Source of the DNA: Candidatus Poribacteria bacterium
Lineage (GTDB): Bacteria > Poribacteria > WGA-4E > PCPOR2b
Assembly: GCA_965222435.1 (NCBI GenBank)
Contig: OZ244950.1
Location: 4,075,983 to 4,139,982 of the forward strand
Reading direction: 5' to 3'
Length of the DNA stretch: 64,000 bases
Numbering within the stretch: position 1 is the stretch's first letter; every line of letters begins with the position of its first letter. The notes under the pieces were generated by a model that saw nothing but the letters and a program-made list of their open reading frames with translations, was not told the DNA's origin and searched no databases. Positions 10,662 to 20,560 of the stretch are shown one piece after another. The position numbers and the translations under genes are program-made.

Positions 10662-10896
10662 TCATATACCTCCGTGATTTTCAGTGTCGTTCATTAAAAA
10701 AATCGTGCAACAGCAATCGTAGGTGCTCCGTTTCGAGAGTTTTCAACTTGCCTCCTGATTTATCAGGGGTCACGGTCTCCTCGCCCGAACATTTCAGGTT
10801 TTAGGCTGTAGGGGCAACCCGCGTGGTTGCCCGTGTTTCATCTTTCTTTTTTTATTTGTGTAGGTTCGCGTTAATTCGCGTAGATTCGCGGATTCC

Positions 10897-12090
10897 TTAC
10901 ACCTTCTTTTTACGTGAACCTCCAGTGTCTTTTTCGATTAGAAATAGGAATTCTCGATTCGGCATGTCGGCATTCCGCACCCAATCGTGGGTCCATTTCA
11001 TCCCCGCCATCACGTTCCGCTTATAATCTATCTCAACAACTTCCATCAGAGAGCTGTTATCCTGAAGGATTTCATTGAGTTCGCCGGCGGTTGCCCGTCC
11101 CGCCGAGCTGTAAGAGAGAATAATCCATCGAGCGCGCGTGTTCCGAATCAACCGCTCAATCGCCTCAACCGCGATGAACCGTCCTGTGCAACCATTTCTT
11201 CGGAACTCCTCAAACACAGACGAAGCCAAAGTGTCCGATGTATCCTTTCGCCGCAGCGCCTTACCGAACAACTCCGGTTTGTCGTTAAGGCATACTGTCG
11301 ACCAGAGGTGGTAATATGAGGCGTACCTGACTCTGGAGGGAGGCATCTTCTCATTATTAGACCCGTAAGGTGGATCGTAGTATGCCAGATCAACAGTTCT
11401 ATCGCTTATCAATTCAAAGATGTCCTGACGCGACACTTCGTGCTGTTCGTCGGTGCAAAAGAGATTTGGCACTTCAAGGGTCAACTCATTAAAAGATCGA
11501 GGCGACCACTGCTTGAGGTACGAAGCAAAATGCCCAAGGGTGCTATCAACCCGATCAAGCGCGAGGATGAGGCTTGTGAGTGCAACCGCCCTTTCAACTT
11601 TCGTCAGGGGAAGCTGCTCGATCTCCTCCCGTATGGCATCTAATTTCCGCGTGTTATGGATCTGCCACGGTTTCTTGAGCCCGCCCCCCTGCGCCGCCAT
11701 CGGGTTCCCCCCATAGTGCGCTGTGAACCAGCCATCTTTGGGAGGCAATGCGTTGAGGTATTCAATCAGTTCAACGTAATCCGCTTTGCTTTTGCGATTG
11801 AGCAGATAGCATACCCCAAACACCTCAGACCATGCAGCGATGTCGTTGCACAATACCCGGTAGCCTACTTTAGCAAACGCTTGGGACACCCGCGTCGTTC
11901 CAGAAAAACCATCTAGGACGGTCTTGGCATCGGTCCTCTTTGCCAGCTGCAATATGTGAGGCAGGAGTTTCAGCTTTGAACCTGCATACTTCACCCCTTC
12001 CGTTGTGGGCGCGTCAATAATATCACTCAAGTTGTCCCCTAAAGCCCCAGCAAAAGCACCTATTTTTTTAACACAATGGCGCAATAGCAC
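10897..12090 (-). CDS. DNA N6-adenine methyltransferase, D12 class (Dam-like), with a C-terminal extension
   Basis: VKYAGSKLKLLPHI N-terminal motif, DGFSGTT (motif I), YYDPPYG (DPPY motif IV). No adjacent restriction endonuclease gene recognised. Confidence 0.65.
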   Translation of the reverse strand: MLLRHCVKKIGAFAGALGDNLSDIIDAPTTEGVKYAGSKLKLLPHILQLAKRTDAKTVLDGFSGTTRVSQAFAKVGYRVLCNDIAAWSEVFGVCYLLNRKSKADYVELIEYLNALPPKDGWFTAHYGGNPMAAQGGGLKKPWQIHNTRKLDAIREEIEQLPLTKVERAVALTSLILALDRVDSTLGHFASYLKQWSPRSFNELTLEVPNLFCTDEQHEVSRQDIFELISDRTVDLAYYDPPYGSNNEKMPPSRVRYASYYHLWSTVCLNDKPELFGKALRRKDTSDTLASSVFEEFRRNGCTGRFIAVEAIERLIRNTRARWIILSYSSAGRATAGELNEILQDNSSLMEVVEIDYKRNVMAGMKWTHDWVRNADMPNREFLFLIEKDTGGSRKKKV

Positions 12091-12164
12091 AAAGTTTTTT
12101 AAATTCTTTGCGTCCTCGCTTCTTAGCGTCTTTGCGTTGAAAATGCTGATACCAGAAAAACCAT

Positions 12165-13649
12165 CTACTCCTTGCTGAGTCGTAAGATCACGTGTCCAAA
12201 CTCAAACGCGCCCGGCGATGAGCCAGCGAACACTTCCGCATCAAGCCCCCACGCCAATTTATAGGCAGAAAGAATCTGGATCATGGCGTTAGAGACATCG
12301 CCGTGGCAGAGTACAGCGACCGTGCTGCCGCTGCTAGTAGCTTTCGCTCCGTAGAGACCGCCGCGGACTCCGACCTTCCGAATAGACCGAACAACTTGCT
12401 CAACTTCGGGTAAACCTATCCCGGCACGGAAACGATTGCTCCAATCCGATGCGTACATCAGTTTTCCTGCCTCTGTGAGATGGTGATGAAGGTGCTGCGA
12501 ATTGGTGTTCGCCTCTTTGAAGTGTTCAATAAAGCGTCCCACACGAGCATGTTCGTAAATCGAATGTTCGACGCGGCTGCGCACACCGTACACCTTTTGA
12601 GGCTCCACCTTTATGAGGGGATCAACTGTCTCGCCGTATCGGTCAAGGAAATCTGCCCCTTTTATCCTTGCAGGCAAGACCTTCCAGCACTTTTGACGGA
12701 AGTCCTTAGCGGACAACCGGCACAGATAGTTATCGCGTAGTTCCTCCAGATTGAGGGTCTTCTGGAGAATTGTCAATCCCATAAACGCCGCGGTATGTGC
12801 ATCAACATAGGCTGAACTAGTTGGAGCCCGTTGCGCTCTACTGTGGATGCCGATTAATCTCGTATTCAGGGGGAGGGGAACAGTTTCAAGTATCTGATCC
12901 GGTTGACTACGGATGGAAAGTGGGGTATCCTTCTGTCCGGCGGCAACAGTGATTGCATCCACGGCTTCACACGGCACGCCAACGATACGGTTTTCAACAA
13001 TCCCCCCGATCCGAGCGATGTCGAGCGCGCTTAGATTGAGTGCACACAGATGGTTAATCGCTGTGAGCGTTGCAACGCCGACCGCTGTGGAAGAACCGAT
13101 TCCTGCTTCCATCGGGATATTGCTCTTAACAACAATCGCCACGCCGTGCGGCAGGCAATCGATCAGCCCCTCTTTCAGGAGTGCGAAAAACCCGCCGAGG
13201 ACATATCCTGTCCATGGGGCTTGTGGGTTTTGCGCGAAAAGCGATTGGACCGCTTCGTAGGATTTTAGGTTCCCATCTGTGTAGAAATCGTCAATGGAGA
13301 TCTGAAAGGCGGACTGATATCCGTGTATCGCCGTGTCAAAACTTAAGGCACTCAACCGACGGTCTTGCCTCGCCTGACAACCGACAACCGCAGAACGTTC
13401 AAGTGTCAATCCAAAAGCATTAGCACCACAGTGTGCCGCAATTCCACCCATTACATCTAGTCGCGCCGGTGCTCTTGTAATGATGACCCGCCCGTTTTTT
13501 TGAAACCCATACTCGCCGAACATCTGAAAATCTTCATATCGCAGCATCGACTCAAACTCAAGTACCTCATAAGGCTTGATGTCGGGCCCCAAGATCTGTT
13601 CAACCTTCATGGGGTTGTTGCCCTTCAGGATTTCGGCGGTTGCGTTCAT
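12165..13649 (-). CDS. GHMP-family sugar kinase (galactokinase-like)
   Basis: RAPARLDVMGG N-terminal motif and PMEAGIGSSTAVGVA GHMP ATP-binding motif. Confidence 0.55.
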   Translation of the reverse strand: MNATAEILKGNNPMKVEQILGPDIKPYEVLEFESMLRYEDFQMFGEYGFQKNGRVIITRAPARLDVMGGIAAHCGANAFGLTLERSAVVGCQARQDRRLSALSFDTAIHGYQSAFQISIDDFYTDGNLKSYEAVQSLFAQNPQAPWTGYVLGGFFALLKEGLIDCLPHGVAIVVKSNIPMEAGIGSSTAVGVATLTAINHLCALNLSALDIARIGGIVENRIVGVPCEAVDAITVAAGQKDTPLSIRSQPDQILETVPLPLNTRLIGIHSRAQRAPTSSAYVDAHTAAFMGLTILQKTLNLEELRDNYLCRLSAKDFRQKCWKVLPARIKGADFLDRYGETVDPLIKVEPQKVYGVRSRVEHSIYEHARVGRFIEHFKEANTNSQHLHHHLTEAGKLMYASDWSNRFRAGIGLPEVEQVVRSIRKVGVRGGLYGAKATSSGSTVAVLCHGDVSNAMIQILSAYKLAWGLDAEVFAGSSPGAFEFGHVILRLSKE

Positions 13650-13876
13650 AAAAACGGTCTCCGGTCAAGAAATCAGATGGTTAGCGGTGAAGATACAAAT
13701 TGCGGCGGGCATCTGTTCGTCATTATAATGGGGTAGGATTGCGTTGTCAACACCTTTGTTGCCTTTTTGATTTACATTGTCTTTTAAGAAGGAATTTGCT
13801 ATCATTAAGTCTGTTCTACAACAAATTAAACTGCGATTCTTGAAATAGATTAAACTTCACGCAAAAGGGCGAATTT

Positions 13877-14998
13877 ATGGCACAGGCATACACCCCCGGA
13901 CTCAAAGTTGCGGCGGGCAGGACAATACGCAATGAACGCCGACTCCCAATTGAGGGAGAGGTGACTGTCCAAGTCGGGGATAGAATCGAGGCAGAGGCTG
14001 TCGTCGCAAAAGCAGCGCTGCCGGGGAACGTTCAACTTGTGAATATCACAAATTTACTGAGTATCCCCACCGAAGATATAAGGGACTACATGCTCAAAAA
14101 AGAGGGAGAACCGATCGCAAAAGATGAAATTATCGGCGAGACAAAGGGCTTGTTCGGACTGTTTAAGTCCCAAGCGCGCGCCCCGATTGATGGAACGATC
14201 GAAAGCATCTCCGATATCACGGGTCAGGTGATCATTCGTGAAGCACCAATCCCTGTCGACGTCGTGGGTCACATCTCCGGGTCGATTGTCGAGGTTATCT
14301 CCAACGAAGGTGCGGTCGTAGAAACGTACGGGACGCACATCCAAGGAATTTTCGGAATCGGTGGGGAAACGGTTGGCGCACTCGAAGTCGTTGTAGATTC
14401 TCCGGACGCTCCATTGACCAAAGCCCTCATTCACCCCACACATCAAGACAAGATCCTTTGCGGTGGTGCCGTTGTTGGGAACGATGCAATTCAGGAAGCA
14501 ATTCGGCAGGGTGTCAAGGGGATAATTGTGGGCGGCATTCATGACGGCGATCTCCGTGCCCTGTTGGGATACGAACTTGGGGTTGCCATCACAGGTTCAG
14601 AGACGCTCGGTCTGACGCTGATAATCACGGAAGGATTTGGGGAGATAAACATGGCAGCACGAACCTTCGATCTGCTCAAAGCACAGGAAGGCATGATGGC
14701 TTCGATCAACGGTGCGACACAGATCCGCGCTGGTGTCGTGAGGCCAGAAATCATCATCCCTGTCGAGGCGCGGGAGGAAACGGTTGGCACAGGAGGCACG
14801 GGCGATGCGCTCACTATCGGAACCCAGATCCGCATCATTCGTGAACCCTATTTCGGGCAGTTGGGACGTGTGACCGCCCTGCCGGTCGAACTGCAAGAGA
14901 TTGAAACGGAGGCAAAAGTACGTGTGTTGGAGGTTGAACTGGAAGATGGAAACCTGATTGTCCTGCCACGGGCAAATGTGGAAATTATCGAAGTGTAA
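13877..14998 (+). CDS. hypothetical protein (G/I/V/E-rich, no confident family)
   Basis: 373-aa ORF with coding-like composition. Confidence 0.35.
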   Translation: MAQAYTPGLKVAAGRTIRNERRLPIEGEVTVQVGDRIEAEAVVAKAALPGNVQLVNITNLLSIPTEDIRDYMLKKEGEPIAKDEIIGETKGLFGLFKSQARAPIDGTIESISDITGQVIIREAPIPVDVVGHISGSIVEVISNEGAVVETYGTHIQGIFGIGGETVGALEVVVDSPDAPLTKALIHPTHQDKILCGGAVVGNDAIQEAIRQGVKGIIVGGIHDGDLRALLGYELGVAITGSETLGLTLIITEGFGEINMAARTFDLLKAQEGMMASINGATQIRAGVVRPEIIIPVEAREETVGTGGTGDALTIGTQIRIIREPYFGQLGRVTALPVELQEIETEAKVRVLEVELEDGNLIVLPRANVEIIEV

Positions 14999-15269
14999 TG
15001 CGTGAAACGTGGTGCGTAATTGGTTCATCGGTTCATTTAGCACCAGAGGTGCGGCATGTGTATAGAAATGGGCAAACCAAATCCCCCAAAGCCCCAGAGG
15101 GGCGACATGTTTATAGCAATCCATGCTTTCCCGTTCTCTCGTTTGCCCACTCCCTCGCTTCCTCGCCCATTCCTCAAAGCCTCGTTGCTTTTCTCTGCAT
15201 TCTCCGTGTCTCTGCGGTGAGATCTGGTTTTCCCGCTCCCTCGCCTCCTCGCTCCCCCGTTCTCCCTTT

Positions 15270-15746
15270 TCATGCCTCACTCACCCGCTTCAACCAATCC
15301 TGAAAATTAGTCGTATGGCTACCCGCCCAAAAGAGCTTGTTACAGGTCGGGCATCGGTGAAATTGATCTTGTGTGCGATAGACGTAATCGGGCACAACCG
15401 ATTGCACCTCCGCTTTGGGAACAGATTCAATAGAGGTATTGCAATCGAGGCAACGGGTAAAGAAGGAATTGCGATTGAGCTTTAATTGAAACGTCTGAAT
15501 GACCTGCTTGAGCTGCTCGATCGGATCTTGGCTGATAAGTAGGAGATACCGTTCAACCATACGACGCTCCACAAACTCCCGATCCCGCGTCAGAATCACC
15601 CGATTTTCGCGCAACGCTTTGAGCGCGAGCTGTGCATCGAGCGCGGGGGATTGGTAGGCGACATCGTATCCTAAAATCCGCAGCCACCTACCCAATTTAC
15701 CCACATTTTCATCGGCAAGGAATTTCGGATCTGAAGCGTCTGGCAT
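15270..15746 (-). CDS. Mut7-C RNase domain protein (DUF82) with C-terminal zinc ribbon
   Basis: FLADENVGKLGRWLRILGYDV matches the Mut7-C N-terminal signature; C-terminal CLDCN…CPTCN zinc ribbon. The ORF-track start at 15821 adds 25 aa derived from a relic amidohydrolase 3' end (see finding), so the internal Met at 15746 is preferred. Confidence 0.65.
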   Translation of the reverse strand: MPDASDPKFLADENVGKLGRWLRILGYDVAYQSPALDAQLALKALRENRVILTRDREFVERRMVERYLLLISQDPIEQLKQVIQTFQLKLNRNSFFTRCLDCNTSIESVPKAEVQSVVPDYVYRTQDQFHRCPTCNKLFWAGSHTTNFQDWLKRVSEA

Positions 15747-15943
15747 GATTGGGATTTCCACAAAGCCTTCGCGCTCCTTCAAAGGGGGTTGGTAGCTGGG
15801 GACTAAGGCACCTTGTCCCACAGTTAGTAACCAGTTGAGGGAGTCACCGATAGCAATAACACATCGCTAATACCTTCAAAGCAAGGTAACAACCATGTAG
15901 CGGCTGATGACAAGGTCCAGTTATGCACATCTACCGTTGAGAA

Positions 15944-17107
15944 TTACTCAAAGACCTCAAAATTGCCGTCTTTGACGGTAAGGACTATCGGATCATAAAC
16001 CGCCTCTCCGTTGGAGTCAAAAGAGAATTTACCCAAAACGGTGTCCAAATCCGCAGTCTTCGCTAACGCGTCCCGAATCGCATGTGCATTAACGGATTGC
16101 GCTTTTGCAATTGCCATAGCGAGAATATAGAACGCGGCATGCGACTGCGCCGCCCAAGCAGCCGGATCTTCCCCGTACGTCTCGGTATAACTCTTGACGA
16201 ACACTTGATTTATTGGTATGTCAACCGTGCTGAGCCAACCTATAGAAGTAACTGCCCCCTCGGCAGCAGCACCCGCGGCTTCTACCTCAATACCGGTCAG
16301 TTCGGGAACAATAACGTGTATATCAGGCATGAGAGCGCGCGCTTGCATCAGAATCGGAGGTATGTAGGATCCTAAAGCGGAGATAAAGAGGGCATCAGGA
16401 TTTAACTTCATTATCCGAGTTAATTGCGCCGAAAAGTCGGTTTCGTCACCTTTGTAGATCTCTGTGGTTACAATCTCGACACCGCTCTCGATAAGCGCGG
16501 TCCTGAACGCTTCGTCGCTACGGGTAGAGTAGGTATCGAGGTGGTGATATATTGTAGCTGCCCTCTTGTAACCGTATTTCTTCCGAGTCGCCTTGACAGC
16601 AGCGGGATTAAGCACACCTGAATTAAGCCCTGAGCGGAAGATAAAATCGCCACGCGCACTCAAACCTGGGGCAGACGAGACCGAGCTAACGATGATAACC
16701 CCGTTTTCTTGGGCAATTGGAATTACCTGTTCAAGCTGAGTTGAAATAGCAAAACCAACGATAGCAGACACCCCATCTTGATGAACCAACTTGTTGACCG
16801 CTTCAACGGCGCTCACGCTCTGATCATCCTCAACGATGAAGGTGATTTTGGTATTGCCGAGTATTCCTGAGTTGTTCATTTGTTTGCGGGCTAGCTCAAA
16901 GCCATTCAGCATTGACAGACCATACGGGGAAGCGAATCGCCCTGTCTCTGCTAGAACAACGCCAATGGAAATCTCTCTCTCTACATCTTTCATCTCAGGT
17001 GGTGCGGCGACGACAAGTCGCCCAATCGGGTTATAGACGGAAAGTCCCACAACAAGTGCGACAATCGCCAAGACAGACGCGAATTTGGTGAACTGTCTAA
17101 TGTTCAT
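15944..17107 (-). CDS. ABC transporter substrate-binding protein, branched-chain amino-acid (LivK-like, PBP type I) family
   Basis: N-terminal signal/anchor, 387 aa, periplasmic-binding-protein type I pattern. Confidence 0.7.
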   Translation of the reverse strand: MNIRQFTKFASVLAIVALVVGLSVYNPIGRLVVAAPPEMKDVEREISIGVVLAETGRFASPYGLSMLNGFELARKQMNNSGILGNTKITFIVEDDQSVSAVEAVNKLVHQDGVSAIVGFAISTQLEQVIPIAQENGVIIVSSVSSAPGLSARGDFIFRSGLNSGVLNPAAVKATRKKYGYKRAATIYHHLDTYSTRSDEAFRTALIESGVEIVTTEIYKGDETDFSAQLTRIMKLNPDALFISALGSYIPPILMQARALMPDIHVIVPELTGIEVEAAGAAAEGAVTSIGWLSTVDIPINQVFVKSYTETYGEDPAAWAAQSHAAFYILAMAIAKAQSVNAHAIRDALAKTADLDTVLGKFSFDSNGEAVYDPIVLTVKDGNFEVFE

Positions 17108-17508
17108 TTTGAACCTCCAGTGGTTGTTTAAGGAAAAAATAAGTGATTCGACATCTTCATCGGTGACAGAAGTCGGCTGTCCTATTATCTTAACCTAAAT
17201 TGATAGTGATGTGCGGCGCAATAAAATTGACCCTTATTGTCCTTTTTGTTCATGAACTCTCGACAATATCCCCCGTGGATTTGTGAATCGCTTCCTGTGT
17301 TCTTTTTTAGTATCCATAACTGATACCTCTTTTAGGTTAGATTCTGTAATCACACAGGTTATATATACATAACTGAAAAATATGTGGAGATATTATACGT
17401 CCAGTCCTCAGCGAAATTCAACAGAAATGGTCGGATCTGAAGCGTCTGTCATGATTGGGATTTCCGCAAAGCCCCCGTGCTCCCTCAAAGGAGGTTGATG
17501 GCTGCGGA

Positions 17509-18360
17509 TTAAGCACCCTGTCCCACGGTCAGCAGCCGATTGAGGGAATCACCGAGGATCCGTGCCTTGTCGGCGTCTGGAATGAAGGTGCAGTGTGTGC
17601 GGAACGCTTCGAGGGAGTGTTGGTAGGTCATGTAGGAACGAACCACAGGGTAGTCCGATCCCCAGCAGAGGCGATCGGGACCGAAATGTTCGTAGAGTAA
17701 GCGAACAATCCAGCCGGTATCCGAATGAGGATAGCCCCACGGGACTTGGGAGACATACCCGAATCCAGACATCTTGATGTTGATATTCGGCACTTTCGCT
17801 GACGCAAGGATCTCGTTTAAGTTCGGATAAGGGGATTCTTCCCCGGCTCTTGCACCGCCCATGTGGTGGCAGAGAAAGGTGATGGAAGGGAACTGTGCCG
17901 CCAATTTGCGTAATGGTGCCTGTAGGTTCGGTTCCATTGCGAGGCTGGCAATCAACCCTCGATCTGCGGTGGTTTGAAAGAATCGCTGCCCCTCATCTGA
18001 AAAGAACCAACCGCCATCGTCGTCTCCCCTGAAATAGTGTGTATACCCTTTCAGCGTGTACTTATCCGCCGCCTCCGCGAGCCGATCCGCGGCACCGGGG
18101 GTGTGGTAGGTATCCGTCCACGAACAATCAACGTCGGCGAATTGGATGATACGATCTGGATACTGCTTCGCACACTCGAAAATATAGTCGTTGTTATCCG
18201 GGTTGTGATCGATTCGCGCACAAACCAGAACGGCTTGATCAACGCCGTGCCGATCCATTTCGTGGAGGAGTTGCTCAATCCTGCCACGGCTGTCGCCGTC
18301 AGGAACAGGGGGTTGGTAGGGCCAACGTGGCCACGCGTGACTGTGTGAATCAATAATCAT
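17509..18360 (-). CDS. amidohydrolase-2 family metal-dependent hydrolase (TIM barrel)
   Basis: N-terminal MIIDSHSHAW (HxH metal-ligand motif); 283 aa. Confidence 0.7.
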   Translation of the reverse strand: MIIDSHSHAWPRWPYQPPVPDGDSRGRIEQLLHEMDRHGVDQAVLVCARIDHNPDNNDYIFECAKQYPDRIIQFADVDCSWTDTYHTPGAADRLAEAADKYTLKGYTHYFRGDDDGGWFFSDEGQRFFQTTADRGLIASLAMEPNLQAPLRKLAAQFPSITFLCHHMGGARAGEESPYPNLNEILASAKVPNINIKMSGFGYVSQVPWGYPHSDTGWIVRLLYEHFGPDRLCWGSDYPVVRSYMTYQHSLEAFRTHCTFIPDADKARILGDSLNRLLTVGQGA

Positions 18361-18387
18361 AGAATTTTCCTCAATTGATGGAAGTAC

Positions 18388-18611
18388 GTAGGTTGGGTTG
18401 AACGGAAACCCACTAAAAACTATGTACAGAAAAGGGCTTCAAAGTTCATTCGGAAACCTGAAATCTCCCAAATATTAGTGAAACCCAACACTTGATCGCC
18501 GGTCGGATTGCGTGTTGGGTTTCACTATATCTATCTATAAGATTTTGTCGTTGAAAGGTGGTACTATTGTCCCTGATGGACATTCACGTTTAACCGTTCA
18601 ACCCAACCTAC
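18388..18611. mobile_element. MITE-like element, 224 bp, with perfect 18-bp terminal inverted repeats (GTAGGTTGGGTTGAACGG … CCGTTCAACCCAACCTAC) and an internal hairpin (GTGAAACCCAACAC…GTGTTGGGTTTCAC)
   Basis: TIRs read directly from the sequence. Located in the intergenic spacer between the amidohydrolase and lipoprotein genes. A partial second copy lies at 42264-42370. Confidence 0.6.
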
Positions 18612-18647
18612 ATCACTGAAGAATCTACCCACAAATTACAGTTTCAG

Positions 18648-19034
18648 CTATTGTTCAATGATCCAATGGTTAAGCCTCATCTGCTCACCGGGCGGATAAA
18701 AGACCAACAGATTCTTTTTGTATCGCTTGACATATATGAATTTCCGATCTACTTTTGTGAAGTACAGCCAAATCCGGCCGGTCCACGGTTCCCCAATGTT
18801 TTTTCCAAAAGAAGCATCATAGATTTTGTCGGGGGAACCAAAGATGGCTCGAACTTCATCGGGATTCATCCCGGTATGCAGCCGATTCGTGTTGTCTATA
18901 GTAAACGTGGTGCGGCCTGGATATGAGTAGGTATAGGACGTCGCACAACCTTGTTGGAATACTGTGAATCCAATTGCGATTAATATTAGAACTAAATATT
19001 GATTGACCCGCATAAACCTCAAGCAGTAGGCCAT
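18648..19034 (-). CDS. hypothetical lipoprotein
   Basis: Signal peptide ending in a lipobox-like FQQGC. Real start is probably the internal Met (MRVNQYLVLILIAIG). Confidence 0.4.
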   Translation of the reverse strand: MAYCLRFMRVNQYLVLILIAIGFTVFQQGCATSYTYSYPGRTTFTIDNTNRLHTGMNPDEVRAIFGSPDKIYDASFGKNIGEPWTGRIWLYFTKVDRKFIYVKRYKKNLLVFYPPGEQMRLNHWIIEQ

Positions 19035-19062
19035 TCGAGATTTCCCTTCACGACCTGAATTA

Positions 19063-20466
19063 TTACTTTATCATAACTCGAAGCCTTGCTTCCGCAGCGT
19101 TTTGCATGTCCATGTAAGGCTCAAAATCCGCCAAGATCTGCTCCCGGCACGCCTGTGAAATTGGAACATTGATAACCTGTCCCGGCTTTTTTAGATCAAA
19201 GATCTTTAGTCGAAGATTTCTAGATTTGAACACCTCTGGCAGAAACATGAACACGCCTCTTTGGGCAATATCTTTCATTCTCACTGACTTTTCAGAGAAA
19301 GAAACAGGCATCATCCGCATTCCCCTAAGTACCTCCGGGATAGCATTACCTCCATCCATCAGTTCAAGATCCTGCAAATCTGATTTAAATTCGTAAGTGT
19401 ATGAACCTTGGTAATAGGTGCCGGAGTAACCAGCTGCCGCCGCTCCAAGAATATTTAAGAGAGTGCTACCAGTCGTTTGACCGACGTCTGGCTGGACATG
19501 GATTTGCACGAGTGGACTATACTTTCCCACATACTCTCTCCATTCCATTAAGAGGTCTCCCAAAGGATCATACATCTCCTGTTGAGGGACCCCTGCAGCA
19601 GCTTCCCTGCTCCGACGTTTCTCAGTAAGAGGTCCCGTTGAAATCTTTGTGAGAAAATACCGACGCGACGGAGTAAGGATCTGTATATCGAAACCAGGTG
19701 CCTTTAGCGTATAGTTGGAGGCTTTGCCACACCGTTCGGCTGCCCATTTCATGCCTTCTATCGGAAAAGGGTCTTCAGGAGCAACAGGCAAAAGGGTGGG
19801 AGGGGGCGGTTTTTCATGGAGTCTGCCACGGGCTTGGTCAAGGAGGGGCAGGGCAAGGGATATTAGAATACTTCCTGAAACTCCGGGACCTCTTGATGGA
19901 AAGTCACCAAATGTGTTGATGGCGATGACCTCGGAATCCATGTTAATTAGGGGTCCCCCTGAATTACCGGGGTTAATGTTCACATCTGAAATAATGGCAC
20001 GTTCCTCAACTTTACTTACGATCCCAGATGTGAGAATACGGGTTTGATTTAGAGGACTCCCTATGGCGATAACTCTTTCGCCCTCGAATGCAATATCGGC
20101 AGCTGGTCTGTCGGCGATTTTAAGGATTGGCAGTTCCTTTACGGCTTCTGGGGCAACCCGTAGAACGGCAATATCCTTTTGATTGTCTTCAGCAAGAAGT
20201 GTTGCCGGGATGCGGATGTTGGGATTTAGCTGCACTGAAATACGGCTTGAAGAAGCAATCACATGGGCATTGGTAAGAATGAGCCCACCCTTGTCAACCA
20301 AGAAACCACTTCCATGTCCTCTGTCTCCGTAGATCGTAAAAACTGCGTCTTTCATTTTACGGAATACAACGGCTTCTTCAGACACTTCCCTTGCCGCGGG
20401 GACCTGACTGCATACGAGGCTGCAAAGGATTAGACTTACAATTAACGTCAGAGATTTGGCTTTCAT
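19063..20466 (-). CDS. secreted trypsin-like serine protease (S1 family, DegP/HtrA-like protease domain without an obvious PDZ)
   Basis: Signal peptide; catalytic His context LILTNAHV; Ser context GNSGGPLIN. Confidence 0.65.
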   Translation of the reverse strand: MKAKSLTLIVSLILCSLVCSQVPAAREVSEEAVVFRKMKDAVFTIYGDRGHGSGFLVDKGGLILTNAHVIASSSRISVQLNPNIRIPATLLAEDNQKDIAVLRVAPEAVKELPILKIADRPAADIAFEGERVIAIGSPLNQTRILTSGIVSKVEERAIISDVNINPGNSGGPLINMDSEVIAINTFGDFPSRGPGVSGSILISLALPLLDQARGRLHEKPPPPTLLPVAPEDPFPIEGMKWAAERCGKASNYTLKAPGFDIQILTPSRRYFLTKISTGPLTEKRRSREAAAGVPQQEMYDPLGDLLMEWREYVGKYSPLVQIHVQPDVGQTTGSTLLNILGAAAAGYSGTYYQGSYTYEFKSDLQDLELMDGGNAIPEVLRGMRMMPVSFSEKSVRMKDIAQRGVFMFLPEVFKSRNLRLKIFDLKKPGQVINVPISQACREQILADFEPYMDMQNAAEARLRVMIK

Positions 20467-20560
20467 GATGAGTGTCTCTCCCGTAGACTAACGCAAGCTA
20501 TCGCCCAAAATCCCAGCGAGAGGATAGGCATAGCGTTCAGGAATTCAATGAACTAATGAG

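Noticed and set aside
14597-15280. 227-aa minus-strand ORF spanning the 3' end of the 13877 gene and the repeat region
   Set aside because: It runs through the dispersed-repeat region and has an R/E-rich low-complexity translation with no RBS. It is most likely non-coding.
15747-15821. N-terminal 25-aa extension of the Mut7-C ORF
   Set aside because: It is derived from a relic amidohydrolase 3' end in which the stop has mutated. The conserved Mut7-C N-terminus begins at the internal Met.
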